Shown here in pieces: positions 56,602 to 64,000 of a stretch of 64,000 bases of DNA (within the stretch, counting starts at the first letter, position 1; the number at the start of each line of letters is the position of its first letter). This DNA comes from Candidatus Saccharimonadota bacterium (lineage in GTDB: Bacteria > Patescibacteriota > Saccharimonadia > Saccharimonadales > UBA4665). The stretch spans positions 826-64,825 of the forward strand of contig JAQBRQ010000041.1 in the NCBI GenBank assembly GCA_028286385.1. The letters are read 5' to 3'. Both the position numbers and the translations under genes were made by a program. The notes under the pieces were generated by a model. The model worked only from the letters and a program-made list of their open reading frames with translations, searched no databases and was not told the DNA's origin.

Positions 56602-58188
56602 ATGAAGCTTTTCAACAAAATCCGCTCAGCTGGTCGCAAGAGTAAGTTCGCAGTCGTCGTACTGGCCCTGGCCGTAGGTGTCGGCGTACCGCTCGCACAT
56701 GCAGAATTTTACCCTGATCGCCCAACATACGATTACAACAAGTTCGATCCTAATAACCTTAATTGTGACGATGCCGCTAACCCAGCTGCCCAAAATGGCC
56801 GCTGTGGCTCAATGAATGGCCCTGTCTTTAACTCATTCGTGAACACGCCAAGCTATGGTGATGAACGTGCGTTCTTTGATGGTCGCCGCAGTGATATGGC
56901 TGCTAACACCAACGCTGATGACATTCAGAACGTTAACGATGGTAGCAAAGAAGTTGTGTTGCGTATGTATGTACACAACAACGCCAACACCTATACCAAT
57001 GCTAGCGGTCAAGGCGTAGCCCATAATACGAAAGTACGTATTGCCTTACCAACTGCGACCGAACAAGTACTGCGCGCCCGTGCTTACATTAGTGCAGATA
57101 ACGCCGGTCTCGTAGAGGATACAGCTGATCTCCTTGGCTCTGAAAAGTTCAACGTCACCTACGTTCCTGGCTCTGCGAAATTACTCCGCGGTACCTCACA
57201 GTATGCACTCAGCGATAGTATCGTTGGTTCTGGTGCACAAGTTGGCAACAACACTATGAATGGTGATCTGCCTGGCTGCTTTGAGTTTGCCGCTCTTGTA
57301 GAAATTCACGTTAAAGTTAACGTTGAGCAAAAGCCACAGCTCCAACTCGTAAAAGAAGTTAAAGTTAAGGGTACAGCTGGTTGGGGTAAAGAAGTTACTA
57401 CCAAGCCAGGCACCGAAGTGCAATGGCGCCTCGGGACCAAAGATGTCGGTAATGTTAATCTCGATAACGTTGTTATCCGCGATATATTGCCACCACATGT
57501 TAAGCTAGTCCCCGGTAGCGTTCGTTTGATCAACACCGCTGGCGACAAGGTTCAAGCAGACGGCCCTCTATTTGCAGGCGGTTTCATCGCTGGCAATTAC
57601 GTTCCGGGTGGTACGCAGTATGTCATCTTTAATACGACCACGCTTGATGATTTCTCTACCTGTGAAGTGCGTGTTCGTAACATTGCTCTAGCACGTTCTG
57701 ACCAAACTCCTACTGAGGTCAGAGACACTTCAGATGTAGTCATCCAGAAGGAAAACTGTAAGCCTCAGCCACCAACCCCAGCATATTCTTGTGACATGCT
57801 CACGGCTACTAAGGGCGACAACCGTACGGTAACTTACACCACTGCAGCTACTGCTACTAACGGTGCGAAGGTTACACTGTACCACTACGACTTTGGCGAT
57901 AATAGCGCAGTACTGGTTACCGACAAAGCGACTGTCTCACACGCGTACGCTAAAGATGGCCAATATGCCGCTCGAGTTAAGGTGCAATTCGCGGTCAATA
58001 ACACCGTTAAGTACGCTGAGAATGATAAGTGTGCAGCCGTAGTCACCTTCACGGCTCCAGGTGTACCGACCGCCCCAACTCAGTTGGTTAACACTGGTCC
58101 TGGTAGCGTTGCGGCAATCTTCGCAGTTGTCACTGCACTTGGTGCCGTTGTTTACCGCTGGTACCTCGGTCGTCGCTTAAGCGCCTAG
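56602..58188 (+). CDS. Large cell-surface protein with a PKD-like domain and a C-terminal LVNTG sorting-signal-like anchor
   Basis: Signal peptide ending VPLAHA. A PKD-like block YHYDFGDNS...HAYAKDGQYAARVKV. The C-terminus has LVNTG, the hydrophobic PGSVAAIFAVVTALGAVV, and YLGRRLSA. Confidence 0.6.
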   Translation: MKLFNKIRSAGRKSKFAVVVLALAVGVGVPLAHAEFYPDRPTYDYNKFDPNNLNCDDAANPAAQNGRCGSMNGPVFNSFVNTPSYGDERAFFDGRRSDMAANTNADDIQNVNDGSKEVVLRMYVHNNANTYTNASGQGVAHNTKVRIALPTATEQVLRARAYISADNAGLVEDTADLLGSEKFNVTYVPGSAKLLRGTSQYALSDSIVGSGAQVGNNTMNGDLPGCFEFAALVEIHVKVNVEQKPQLQLVKEVKVKGTAGWGKEVTTKPGTEVQWRLGTKDVGNVNLDNVVIRDILPPHVKLVPGSVRLINTAGDKVQADGPLFAGGFIAGNYVPGGTQYVIFNTTTLDDFSTCEVRVRNIALARSDQTPTEVRDTSDVVIQKENCKPQPPTPAYSCDMLTATKGDNRTVTYTTAATATNGAKVTLYHYDFGDNSAVLVTDKATVSHAYAKDGQYAARVKVQFAVNNTVKYAENDKCAAVVTFTAPGVPTAPTQLVNTGPGSVAAIFAVVTALGAVVYRWYLGRRLSA

Positions 58189-58287
58189 TACCTGTGGATA
58201 AGCGCTAGCGCAAATCACCGATTTGTGTTAGACTTACGGACAGTAAGCGAGCATGACTGACCGCTCTGTAAAACAAAAACCCTTAGA

Positions 58288-58318
58288 AAATCCCCCTTTG
58301 ACGCTAGAGGGGGATTTT
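58288..58318 (+). terminator. Intrinsic terminator of the surface-protein cluster
   Basis: AATCCCCCT-TTGACGCTA-GAGGGGGATT followed by TTCATTCTC, a weak T tract. Confidence 0.55.
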
Positions 58319-58484
58319 CATTCTCTCTCTGTTATGGTATGCTAGTTCGAGTCCAACAGTCGCAAATACGACCACTTGGCCTGCGCGACCAGCATGGCCA
58401 ACGTAGTCCCATATGCTGCGCATATGTCACCGTTCGTTCGGAAAGCGCTTCCATGCAAGCATGTACGCGCTTTACCTCACTCAC

Positions 58485-58559
58485 GGTCCCATCGTCTAAC
58501 GGTTAGGACACCGGGTTTTCATCCCGGCAATAGGAGTTCGATTCTCCTTGGGATCACCA
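58485..58559 (+). tRNA. tRNA-Glu (anticodon TTC)
   Basis: Acceptor GGTCCCA/TGGGATC, D GTCT/GGAC, anticodon stem CCGGG/CCCGG with loop TTTTCAT, T arm AGGAG-TTCGATT-CTCCT, encoded CCA. Confidence 0.9.
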
Positions 58560-58561
58560 AG

Positions 58562-58593
58562 AAAAAAGACCTACAGCAATGTAGGTCTTTTTT
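58562..58593 (+). terminator. Intrinsic terminator after tRNA-Glu
   Basis: AAAAAAGACCTAC-AGCAAT-GTAGGTCTTTTTT. Confidence 0.8.
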
Positions 58594-58692
58594 CTTGCTC
58601 AAGGGGGAGCGAACTCCATCAGAGCAGGTGCATATCGTGAAGCGAGATATTCTCCGGAACCGGTTTTAGGTTAGGCCAAATCACGACGTGTG

Positions 58693-58718
58693 AGTTATTA
58701 ACAAAATTTTGTTAATAA
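58693..58718. promoter_or_regulatory. Perfect 26-bp palindrome upstream of pyk-pgk-tpiA (candidate operator)
   Basis: GTTATTAACAAAA|TTTTGTTAATAAC, with 13-bp arms and no mismatch, about 165 nt upstream of the pyk ATG. Confidence 0.4.
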
Positions 58719-58883
58719 CTGCAAGTTACTATATTGGCATGTCCCCCGCCCAGTAATTGTGCGAATCGCTGGACAAGCGGGCTCTACGGATACTACCTGG
58801 CGCTGTTATGGTATCCTTTTGTAAAACTGGCGCAGGAGCTATATACTAAAAGTTAAAGCGTAACCTTTTAGAGTGGGCAAATT

Positions 58884-60317
58884 ATGAAACAAACAGATAC
58901 AGCGCCGAATGTGCCGCTTAAGAATTTTAAGCGGACTAAAATTATTGCCACCGTCGGGCCAGCCACCAACAGCTATGAAGCTATCCTCAGTTTAATCAAA
59001 GCCGGCACCAATGGTATTCGGCTTAACTTTAGCCACGGCAACCACGAAGAGCGCACCGAGCAGATCAAGTGGATTCGCAAGGCCAGCGCAGTGTATGGCA
59101 AGCCGGTGGCGATTATTCAGGATTTGCAGGGGCCAAAGATTCGTTTGGGCGACTTTGATGGCATTGTTAATGTCGCAAAAGGGCAGGTGCTTAGTTTTAA
59201 GTACCAGGCCGATTATGCGGCCAGCGGTCATCTGCCTACTCAATATGATTTAGCCACCAAAGTGAAGCGCGGTGAGCGTATATATCTGTACGACGGCAAG
59301 GTTCGCACCACCGTAACCAGTGTCCGTGAGGGCATTGTCCACGTCGAGGCCGAGAACGCCGGCATTTTGATCAAGCGCAAAGGCATGAATCTGCCGGATA
59401 CCGATTTTGGCGGCGATATTATTACGCCCAAAGACCGGGCTGATTTGATCTACGGATCAGTTCAGGACATCGATTACGTGGCCTTGAGCTTCGTGCAAAC
59501 GGCTGACGATATTACTAACCTCCGAGGCTTATTGAAGGGCATGAACAGCAGCGCTAACATCATCGCCAAAGTTGAGACTACCGCGGCAGTCGAGAACATG
59601 GAAGCGATTGTCGTGGCCAGCGACGCCGTTATGATAGCCCGAGGGGATTTAGCCGTCGAAACACCGGCCGAAAGCGTGCCAATCGTGCAGCGCCAAATTA
59701 TTGCCCTCGGTTTGCAATATGCCACGCCAACAATCGTGGCCACCCAGATGCTGGCCAGCATGACCGATATGCCAGAGCCAACCCGTGCCGAGGTTTCTGA
59801 TGTGGCAACGGCCGTCCTGACTGGTGCTGATTGTGTGATGCTCAGCGACGAAACGGCTAACGGCTCGTATCCGATTGAATCAGTTCAGATTATGAAGCGC
59901 GTTATCCGCTACAGCGAAAGCCACGCCCCATTCGCGCCCAGCACCTATGACCACGAAGACACCAGCCGGCAATCAGCCATCAGCAAAGCGGTGATTAGTT
60001 TGGCCGAGAATATTGCTGCCAAAGCCATCGTTGTAGAGACGCAATCGGGCGCTACAGCACTCCAGATTTCTAGCCGACGCAGCACGATTCCGGTGATTGC
60101 GGTCACCAGCAACGCCCGAGCCGCCCAGCAACTGGCTATTGTGCATGGCACCAAGAGCTACACAAGACCAGTCGACGCCATGGCTGCCACCAAACTTACC
60201 GATTGGCTGCGCAAAAGCAAAGTCCTACATAAGGGCGATGTGGTGGTCACGGCCTCAGGCCACTATCCAGGCGTTGTAGGGACCACCGATACCATTAAAG
60301 TCCGTGTACTAGAATAA
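58884..60317 (+). CDS. pyk: Pyruvate kinase
   Basis: KIIATVGPA, GIRLNFSHG, IIAKVE, MIARGDLAVE, MLSDETANG. Confidence 0.95.
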   Translation: MKQTDTAPNVPLKNFKRTKIIATVGPATNSYEAILSLIKAGTNGIRLNFSHGNHEERTEQIKWIRKASAVYGKPVAIIQDLQGPKIRLGDFDGIVNVAKGQVLSFKYQADYAASGHLPTQYDLATKVKRGERIYLYDGKVRTTVTSVREGIVHVEAENAGILIKRKGMNLPDTDFGGDIITPKDRADLIYGSVQDIDYVALSFVQTADDITNLRGLLKGMNSSANIIAKVETTAAVENMEAIVVASDAVMIARGDLAVETPAESVPIVQRQIIALGLQYATPTIVATQMLASMTDMPEPTRAEVSDVATAVLTGADCVMLSDETANGSYPIESVQIMKRVIRYSESHAPFAPSTYDHEDTSRQSAISKAVISLAENIAAKAIVVETQSGATALQISSRRSTIPVIAVTSNARAAQQLAIVHGTKSYTRPVDAMAATKLTDWLRKSKVLHKGDVVVTASGHYPGVVGTTDTIKVRVLE

Positions 60318-60327
60318 GGGGCCACAG

Positions 60328-61614
60328 ATGTTCACGAAACAAACAATTCGAGACATAGATTTAACCGGCAAGACCGTCTTATTACGTGCCGATTATAATG
60401 TGCCGCTCGAAAATGGTAAGATCACCGACGATTATCGCATTCAAAAGTCGCTGCCGACCATCCAGTATTTGCTAGAACAGAATGTTAAGCTGATTATCTG
60501 CTCGCATCTTGGCCGCCCAACTGGGCCAAAAGATACAGCGAATAGTCTGTTCCCGGTTGCCAAGCGCCTGCAGCAGTTGCTTGATCGACCGGTAGAATTT
60601 TCGACTGATTGCGTTGGTGAGCCAGCTCAAAAAGCAGCCGCTGGCCTAAAGAATGGACACGTCTTATTACTCGAAAACTTGCGCTTCCACCCCGAAGAAG
60701 AAGCCAATGACGTGGATTTCGCTAAGCAGCTGGCCAACCTCGCCGAAGTCTTTGTGCAAGACGGCTTTGGCGTAGTGCACCGCGCGCACGCCAGTACCGA
60801 AGGCGTCACGCATTTCTTGCCGGCAGTCGCCGGGTTACTATTAGAAAAAGAAGTCGACACCATTACGAACGTCATGCTCCAGCCGCAACGCCCGCTGATG
60901 ACCATCGTTGGCGGCGCTAAAATTGCCGACAAGATCGAAGTGCTACATCGTTTTATCGAAATTGCCGACTTTGTAGCAGTCGGCGGCGCCATGGCTAATA
61001 CCTTTTTGGCCGCGCAGGGTATCAAGATTGGCGAAAGCTTGTACGACAAAGCCGACATTCCGCTTGCCAAGGCCATCTTGCGTAAAGCTGGCGGCGAAGC
61101 CAAAAAACGACCGTTCGTATTTGCTGTGCCACATGATGTGGTGGTGGCCGACGAAATCGACAAGACAGGAACAACCCGCATCGTCGACTTTAGCTCGCAC
61201 GCCATTGCCGACATCGAAAATTATCCAAAACGCGTGCCAGCTGCGGCCAGTCATGTTCATGCCGACGAAATGATTTTAGATATCGGGCCGTTTAGCGGTT
61301 CATTCATTGCTGGTGGAATCCAACTTGCCAACACCGTTATCTGGAACGGCACAATGGGTGTCACTGAAACCAACGGCTTACAAGGACCAATCGGTCCTTA
61401 TGCCCATGGAACGGAACTAATTATCGAAGCCTTACTGGGTGACTTTGGCCACAAACCATTCACGGTTGTTGGTGGTGGCGATACCGTTGGCTACGTTGAG
61501 TCACGCAATCTGGTCGGCTGCTTCGGGCACGTTTCTACCGGTGGCGGCGCCAGTTTAGAGCTAATGGGCGGCCGCAAATTGCCAGGCGTAGAAGCTTTAT
61601 TAGGTAGAAAATAG
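60328..61614 (+). CDS. pgk: Phosphoglycerate kinase
   Basis: LLRADYNVP, SHLGRP, the N-terminal pattern, and C-terminal STGGGASLE. Confidence 0.95.
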   Translation: MFTKQTIRDIDLTGKTVLLRADYNVPLENGKITDDYRIQKSLPTIQYLLEQNVKLIICSHLGRPTGPKDTANSLFPVAKRLQQLLDRPVEFSTDCVGEPAQKAAAGLKNGHVLLLENLRFHPEEEANDVDFAKQLANLAEVFVQDGFGVVHRAHASTEGVTHFLPAVAGLLLEKEVDTITNVMLQPQRPLMTIVGGAKIADKIEVLHRFIEIADFVAVGGAMANTFLAAQGIKIGESLYDKADIPLAKAILRKAGGEAKKRPFVFAVPHDVVVADEIDKTGTTRIVDFSSHAIADIENYPKRVPAAASHVHADEMILDIGPFSGSFIAGGIQLANTVIWNGTMGVTETNGLQGPIGPYAHGTELIIEALLGDFGHKPFTVVGGGDTVGYVESRNLVGCFGHVSTGGGASLELMGGRKLPGVEALLGRK

Positions 61615-61634
61615 TACAATAAAGCATAACAACT

Positions 61635-62417
61635 ATGAAACGCACCCTGATCGTCGCCAACTGGAAAATGCATCTCAACACTCACGAGGCTAGTTTGCTG
61701 GTAAAACGACTCAACGATCGTATTCCAGCGCATCGTACTATCGAAGTCGTCCTCGCACCAAGCCTACTGGTTTTGCAACCACTAAGTCTGGAGATCGATC
61801 GCCGCAAATTCCGTTTAGCCGCCCAAAATGCCTACACCAAAGATGCCGGTGCCTTTACCGGCGAAGTCAGTTTTACGATGCTGCGCGACCTGGTCCACTA
61901 CTCAATTATTGGTCATTCCGAACGCCGTATTTACTTTAAGGAATCGCTAGAAGACGTGCGCGATAAAGTCCAAGCCGCAGTTCGCAATGGCATCGCGCCT
62001 ATCCTTTGTGTTGGCGAAACCAAGCAGGAGCGAGCAGCCGGCGAAACCAGCCGCTTGATCCACGATCAGGTCACCACTGCTTTATCCAATCTGACACCCG
62101 AAGAAGTAGAAAACGTCGTCATTGCCTACGAACCAGTCTGGGCAATCAGCACATTTGGCGGCGAGATCGCCAAGCCGACCGACATTAAGCGCGTTTTAGA
62201 TCTGATCAGACACAACGTAACCGAACTGTACGGTGCCAGCACGGCTGAGCAGATGCGATTATTGTATGGCGGCAGCGTCACAGCCGATACCGCACCCGGC
62301 TACTTAGAAATCGAAGGCTGCGACGGCGCGCTCGTCGGTAGTGCCAGCTTAAATTATCAACAATTCGCCGACATAGTCGAAGGCGCCTATCGCGTTAATC
62401 ATAGGCAGGAGGCCTAG
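61635..62417 (+). CDS. tpiA: Triose-phosphate isomerase
   Basis: ANWKMH, IIGHSERR, AYEPVWAI, YGGSV. Confidence 0.95.
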   Translation: MKRTLIVANWKMHLNTHEASLLVKRLNDRIPAHRTIEVVLAPSLLVLQPLSLEIDRRKFRLAAQNAYTKDAGAFTGEVSFTMLRDLVHYSIIGHSERRIYFKESLEDVRDKVQAAVRNGIAPILCVGETKQERAAGETSRLIHDQVTTALSNLTPEEVENVVIAYEPVWAISTFGGEIAKPTDIKRVLDLIRHNVTELYGASTAEQMRLLYGGSVTADTAPGYLEIEGCDGALVGSASLNYQQFADIVEGAYRVNHRQEA

Positions 62418-62419
62418 TC

Positions 62420-63061
62420 ATGGCAGAACCTAAAAAAATCGTTGATGTGGCTCACCCCAATAAATCAGCCCCATCAGGTAACTCCAAGTCAGTTATTGTG
62501 ACTCATCGGCCGATGATGCAAGATCCGATGGTCAACAAAGAAGCTACCGAAACTGCTGCGCCCGCCAAAGATACCAAGCTTAGGCTGCAGCCGTTGACCG
62601 CACCAGTCCTGACAACATCTGTGAAAGAACAAGCCGAAGAAACGACTGCCCCCGTTGAAGCAGCCGAACCAGCAAAACCAGTGGAGCCCGCCGAAGTTGA
62701 GTCTGCCGCGCCCGCCAAGCACGTAAAACTGGAACTTAAGCCGCTGGCAGACACCGAAAAAACAGCGCCTGCGCCAGACGCGCCGGAGGACCAAGGCGAT
62801 AAAGGGAACGCGATCGAAATCAATCCGGAGGTTGCCGATGAGGAGCAGGTCAAGGCCGATGCCGCACTTCAGAAACTCGTCGATAGTAAGCAGTACTTTT
62901 TACCGATCAACACGCTCGAAAGCCGTCGCAGCAGGCGCTTTGTTGCAATCGGCATTATTCTAAGCCTAATTATGCTTGTCGCCTGGGCGGATATCGCACT
63001 TGATGCTGGGCTTATCACGATCGAAGGCGTAAAACCGCTCACCAATCTCTTCTCAACCTGA
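62420..63061 (+). CDS. Acidic Ala/Pro/Glu-rich protein with a C-terminal TM helix, hypothetical
   Basis: Internal repeats (TKLRLQPLTAP / VKLELKPLAD) and a TM segment FVAIGIILSLIMLVAWA. The start lies 2 nt after the tpiA stop. Confidence 0.5.
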   Translation: MAEPKKIVDVAHPNKSAPSGNSKSVIVTHRPMMQDPMVNKEATETAAPAKDTKLRLQPLTAPVLTTSVKEQAEETTAPVEAAEPAKPVEPAEVESAAPAKHVKLELKPLADTEKTAPAPDAPEDQGDKGNAIEINPEVADEEQVKADAALQKLVDSKQYFLPINTLESRRSRRFVAIGIILSLIMLVAWADIALDAGLITIEGVKPLTNLFST

Positions 63062-63124
63062 ACCATCCACACCCACGTAGTCTGCTCTATGCCGCGGCGT
63101 GTTTCATATGCCTTGTCTAAAAAC

Positions 63125-63171
63125 CAGGGCACGTGGTTACAACATTGTTCCCACGTTGTTACCACGTGCCC
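63125..63171. other. Long imperfect hairpin / inverted repeat
   Basis: AGGGCACGTGGTTACAAC-(11 nt)-GTTGTTACCACGTGCCCT. An 18-bp stem with one central mismatch and no following T tract. Confidence 0.5.
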
Positions 63172-63286
63172 TATAAATGTACCGACCTCTCCGCCAGGCA
63201 AGAGATTTGTTGTAAATATTAAAAAATTTAATATTTATAGAAGTTACAACAGCTTTATAGGTGTTATTTTGGTAAAATAGAGGGTA

Positions 63287-64000
63287 ATGGAGCATTTATT
63301 GGAAGGTTTGAACCCGGAGCAACGCCGGGCTGTCGAGACAACGGAAGGACCGTTGCTAATTCAAGCTGGCGCCGGTTCTGGCAAGACTAAAACATTGACG
63401 CACCGCATAGCTTACTTAATCGCCACCCATAAAGCCACGCCATTTAACATTCTGGCGGTGACATTCACCAACAAAGCCGCTAAAGAAATGCGTGAGCGCG
63501 TTGGGCAGTTGCTCGGCCAAAATGCCGATAACCGTGGGTTTATGCCGTACATGGGAACCTTCCATGGCATTTGCGTGCGGCTATTGCGCCAGGACGGCGA
63601 ATCAGTCGGCATTCCGCGCAGCTTCGTGATCTTCGACGAGTCCGATCGCCAGGCAGCCATCAAGCAAGTCAGTAAGCAGCTGATGATCGACGAAAAAGCC
63701 TTTCCGCCGCGTGCCATATCGGGCCTCATCAGCAGCGCAAAAAACGAAATGATTTCACCGCAAGAATACGCCGGCTCGGCTAACAGTCCGGGGCAGCAAG
63801 TCGCCGCTAAAGTCTATCCGCTCTATGAGCGTTCGTTGCGCGACGCGTCGGCCCTCGACTTCGATGATTTGATCAATAAAACGGTCGAAATGTTCAAAAC
63901 TCAGCCGGAAATCCGCGCCAAGTGGCAAAAACAGTTCAAATACATCATGATCGACGAGTATCAGGATACCAATGCCGCCCAGTACCAATTAGTTAACCTG
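63287..64000 (+). CDS. pcrA: ATP-dependent DNA helicase PcrA/UvrD (5' fragment, continues beyond the window)
   Basis: LNPEQRRAV, AGAGSGKTKTLTHRIAYLI, AVTFTNKAAKEMRERV, GTFHGICVRLL, IMIDEYQDTN. The frame is open to base 64000. This gene is not in the ORF track because it has no stop within the window. Confidence 0.9.
   Translation, partial: MEHLLEGLNPEQRRAVETTEGPLLIQAGAGSGKTKTLTHRIAYLIATHKATPFNILAVTFTNKAAKEMRERVGQLLGQNADNRGFMPYMGTFHGICVRLLRQDGESVGIPRSFVIFDESDRQAAIKQVSKQLMIDEKAFPPRAISGLISSAKNEMISPQEYAGSANSPGQQVAAKVYPLYERSLRDASALDFDDLINKTVEMFKTQPEIRAKWQKQFKYIMIDEYQDTNAAQYQLVNL

Noticed and set aside
1-64000. CRISPR arrays, rRNA genes, IS elements or transposases, prophage genes, and alternative genetic code (UGA recoding, as in some CPR lineages).
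   Set aside because: I saw no regularly spaced short repeats and no rRNA-like sequence. No transposase or integrase motif appears in any frame of the ORF track. TGA clearly terminates well-supported genes at the expected protein lengths, for example the stop at 50696-50698.

Overview
This 64-kb chromosomal window is gene-dense and uses the standard bacterial code (TGA, TAA and TAG all act as stops). Most of it is housekeeping. Peptidoglycan genes: murA (HTH-fused), murB, murD, murI, uppP and a PBP. Folate and one-carbon genes: glyA, folC, folA, folD. Glycolysis genes: pgi and a pyk-pgk-tpiA operon. There are also a Clp/Hsp100 chaperone, two cytoplasmic sensor kinases, three stand-alone receiver proteins, a type IV pilin-like gene, a multicopper oxidase, a P1B-type ATPase and a 5' fragment of pcrA/uvrD. 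Seven tRNA genes fold by eye, and all encode their CCA end: Pro-TGG, His-GTG, Arg-TCT, Gly-TCC, Arg-TCG, Lys-CTT, Glu-TTC. The compact genes, receiver-only regulators, pilin and reduced metabolism suggest a small-genome, Gram-positive-like or CPR/Patescibacteria (Saccharibacteria-like) organism; this is inference only.

The main accessory feature is an AT-rich, roughly 6.4-kb island at about 9.2-15.7 kb. It lies between tRNA-His/yggT and a tRNA-Gly/tRNA-Arg pair. It carries a tightly packed four-gene plus-strand operon: a C5 cytosine DNA methyltransferase, a ParB/Srx-fold protein, an SNF2-family DEAH helicase and a DUF3883-type PD-(D/E)xK nuclease-like protein. I do not recognise this gene combination as any named defence system, and I flag it as the best candidate for a new methylation-linked restriction or defence system.

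Other observations worth a second look:
- Two copies of a highly structured ~122-nt element flank a P-loop kinase gene beside tRNA-His.
- murA carries an N-terminal XRE-type HTH fusion.
- A four-gene surface-protein cluster includes two proteins with a non-canonical LVN(T/V)G sorting-signal-like C-terminus.
- A PBP lacks the glycosyltransferase domain and the KTG box.
- Several perfect palindromes and conserved tRNA promoter motifs are present.

I saw no CRISPR array, rRNA, transposase or integrase.
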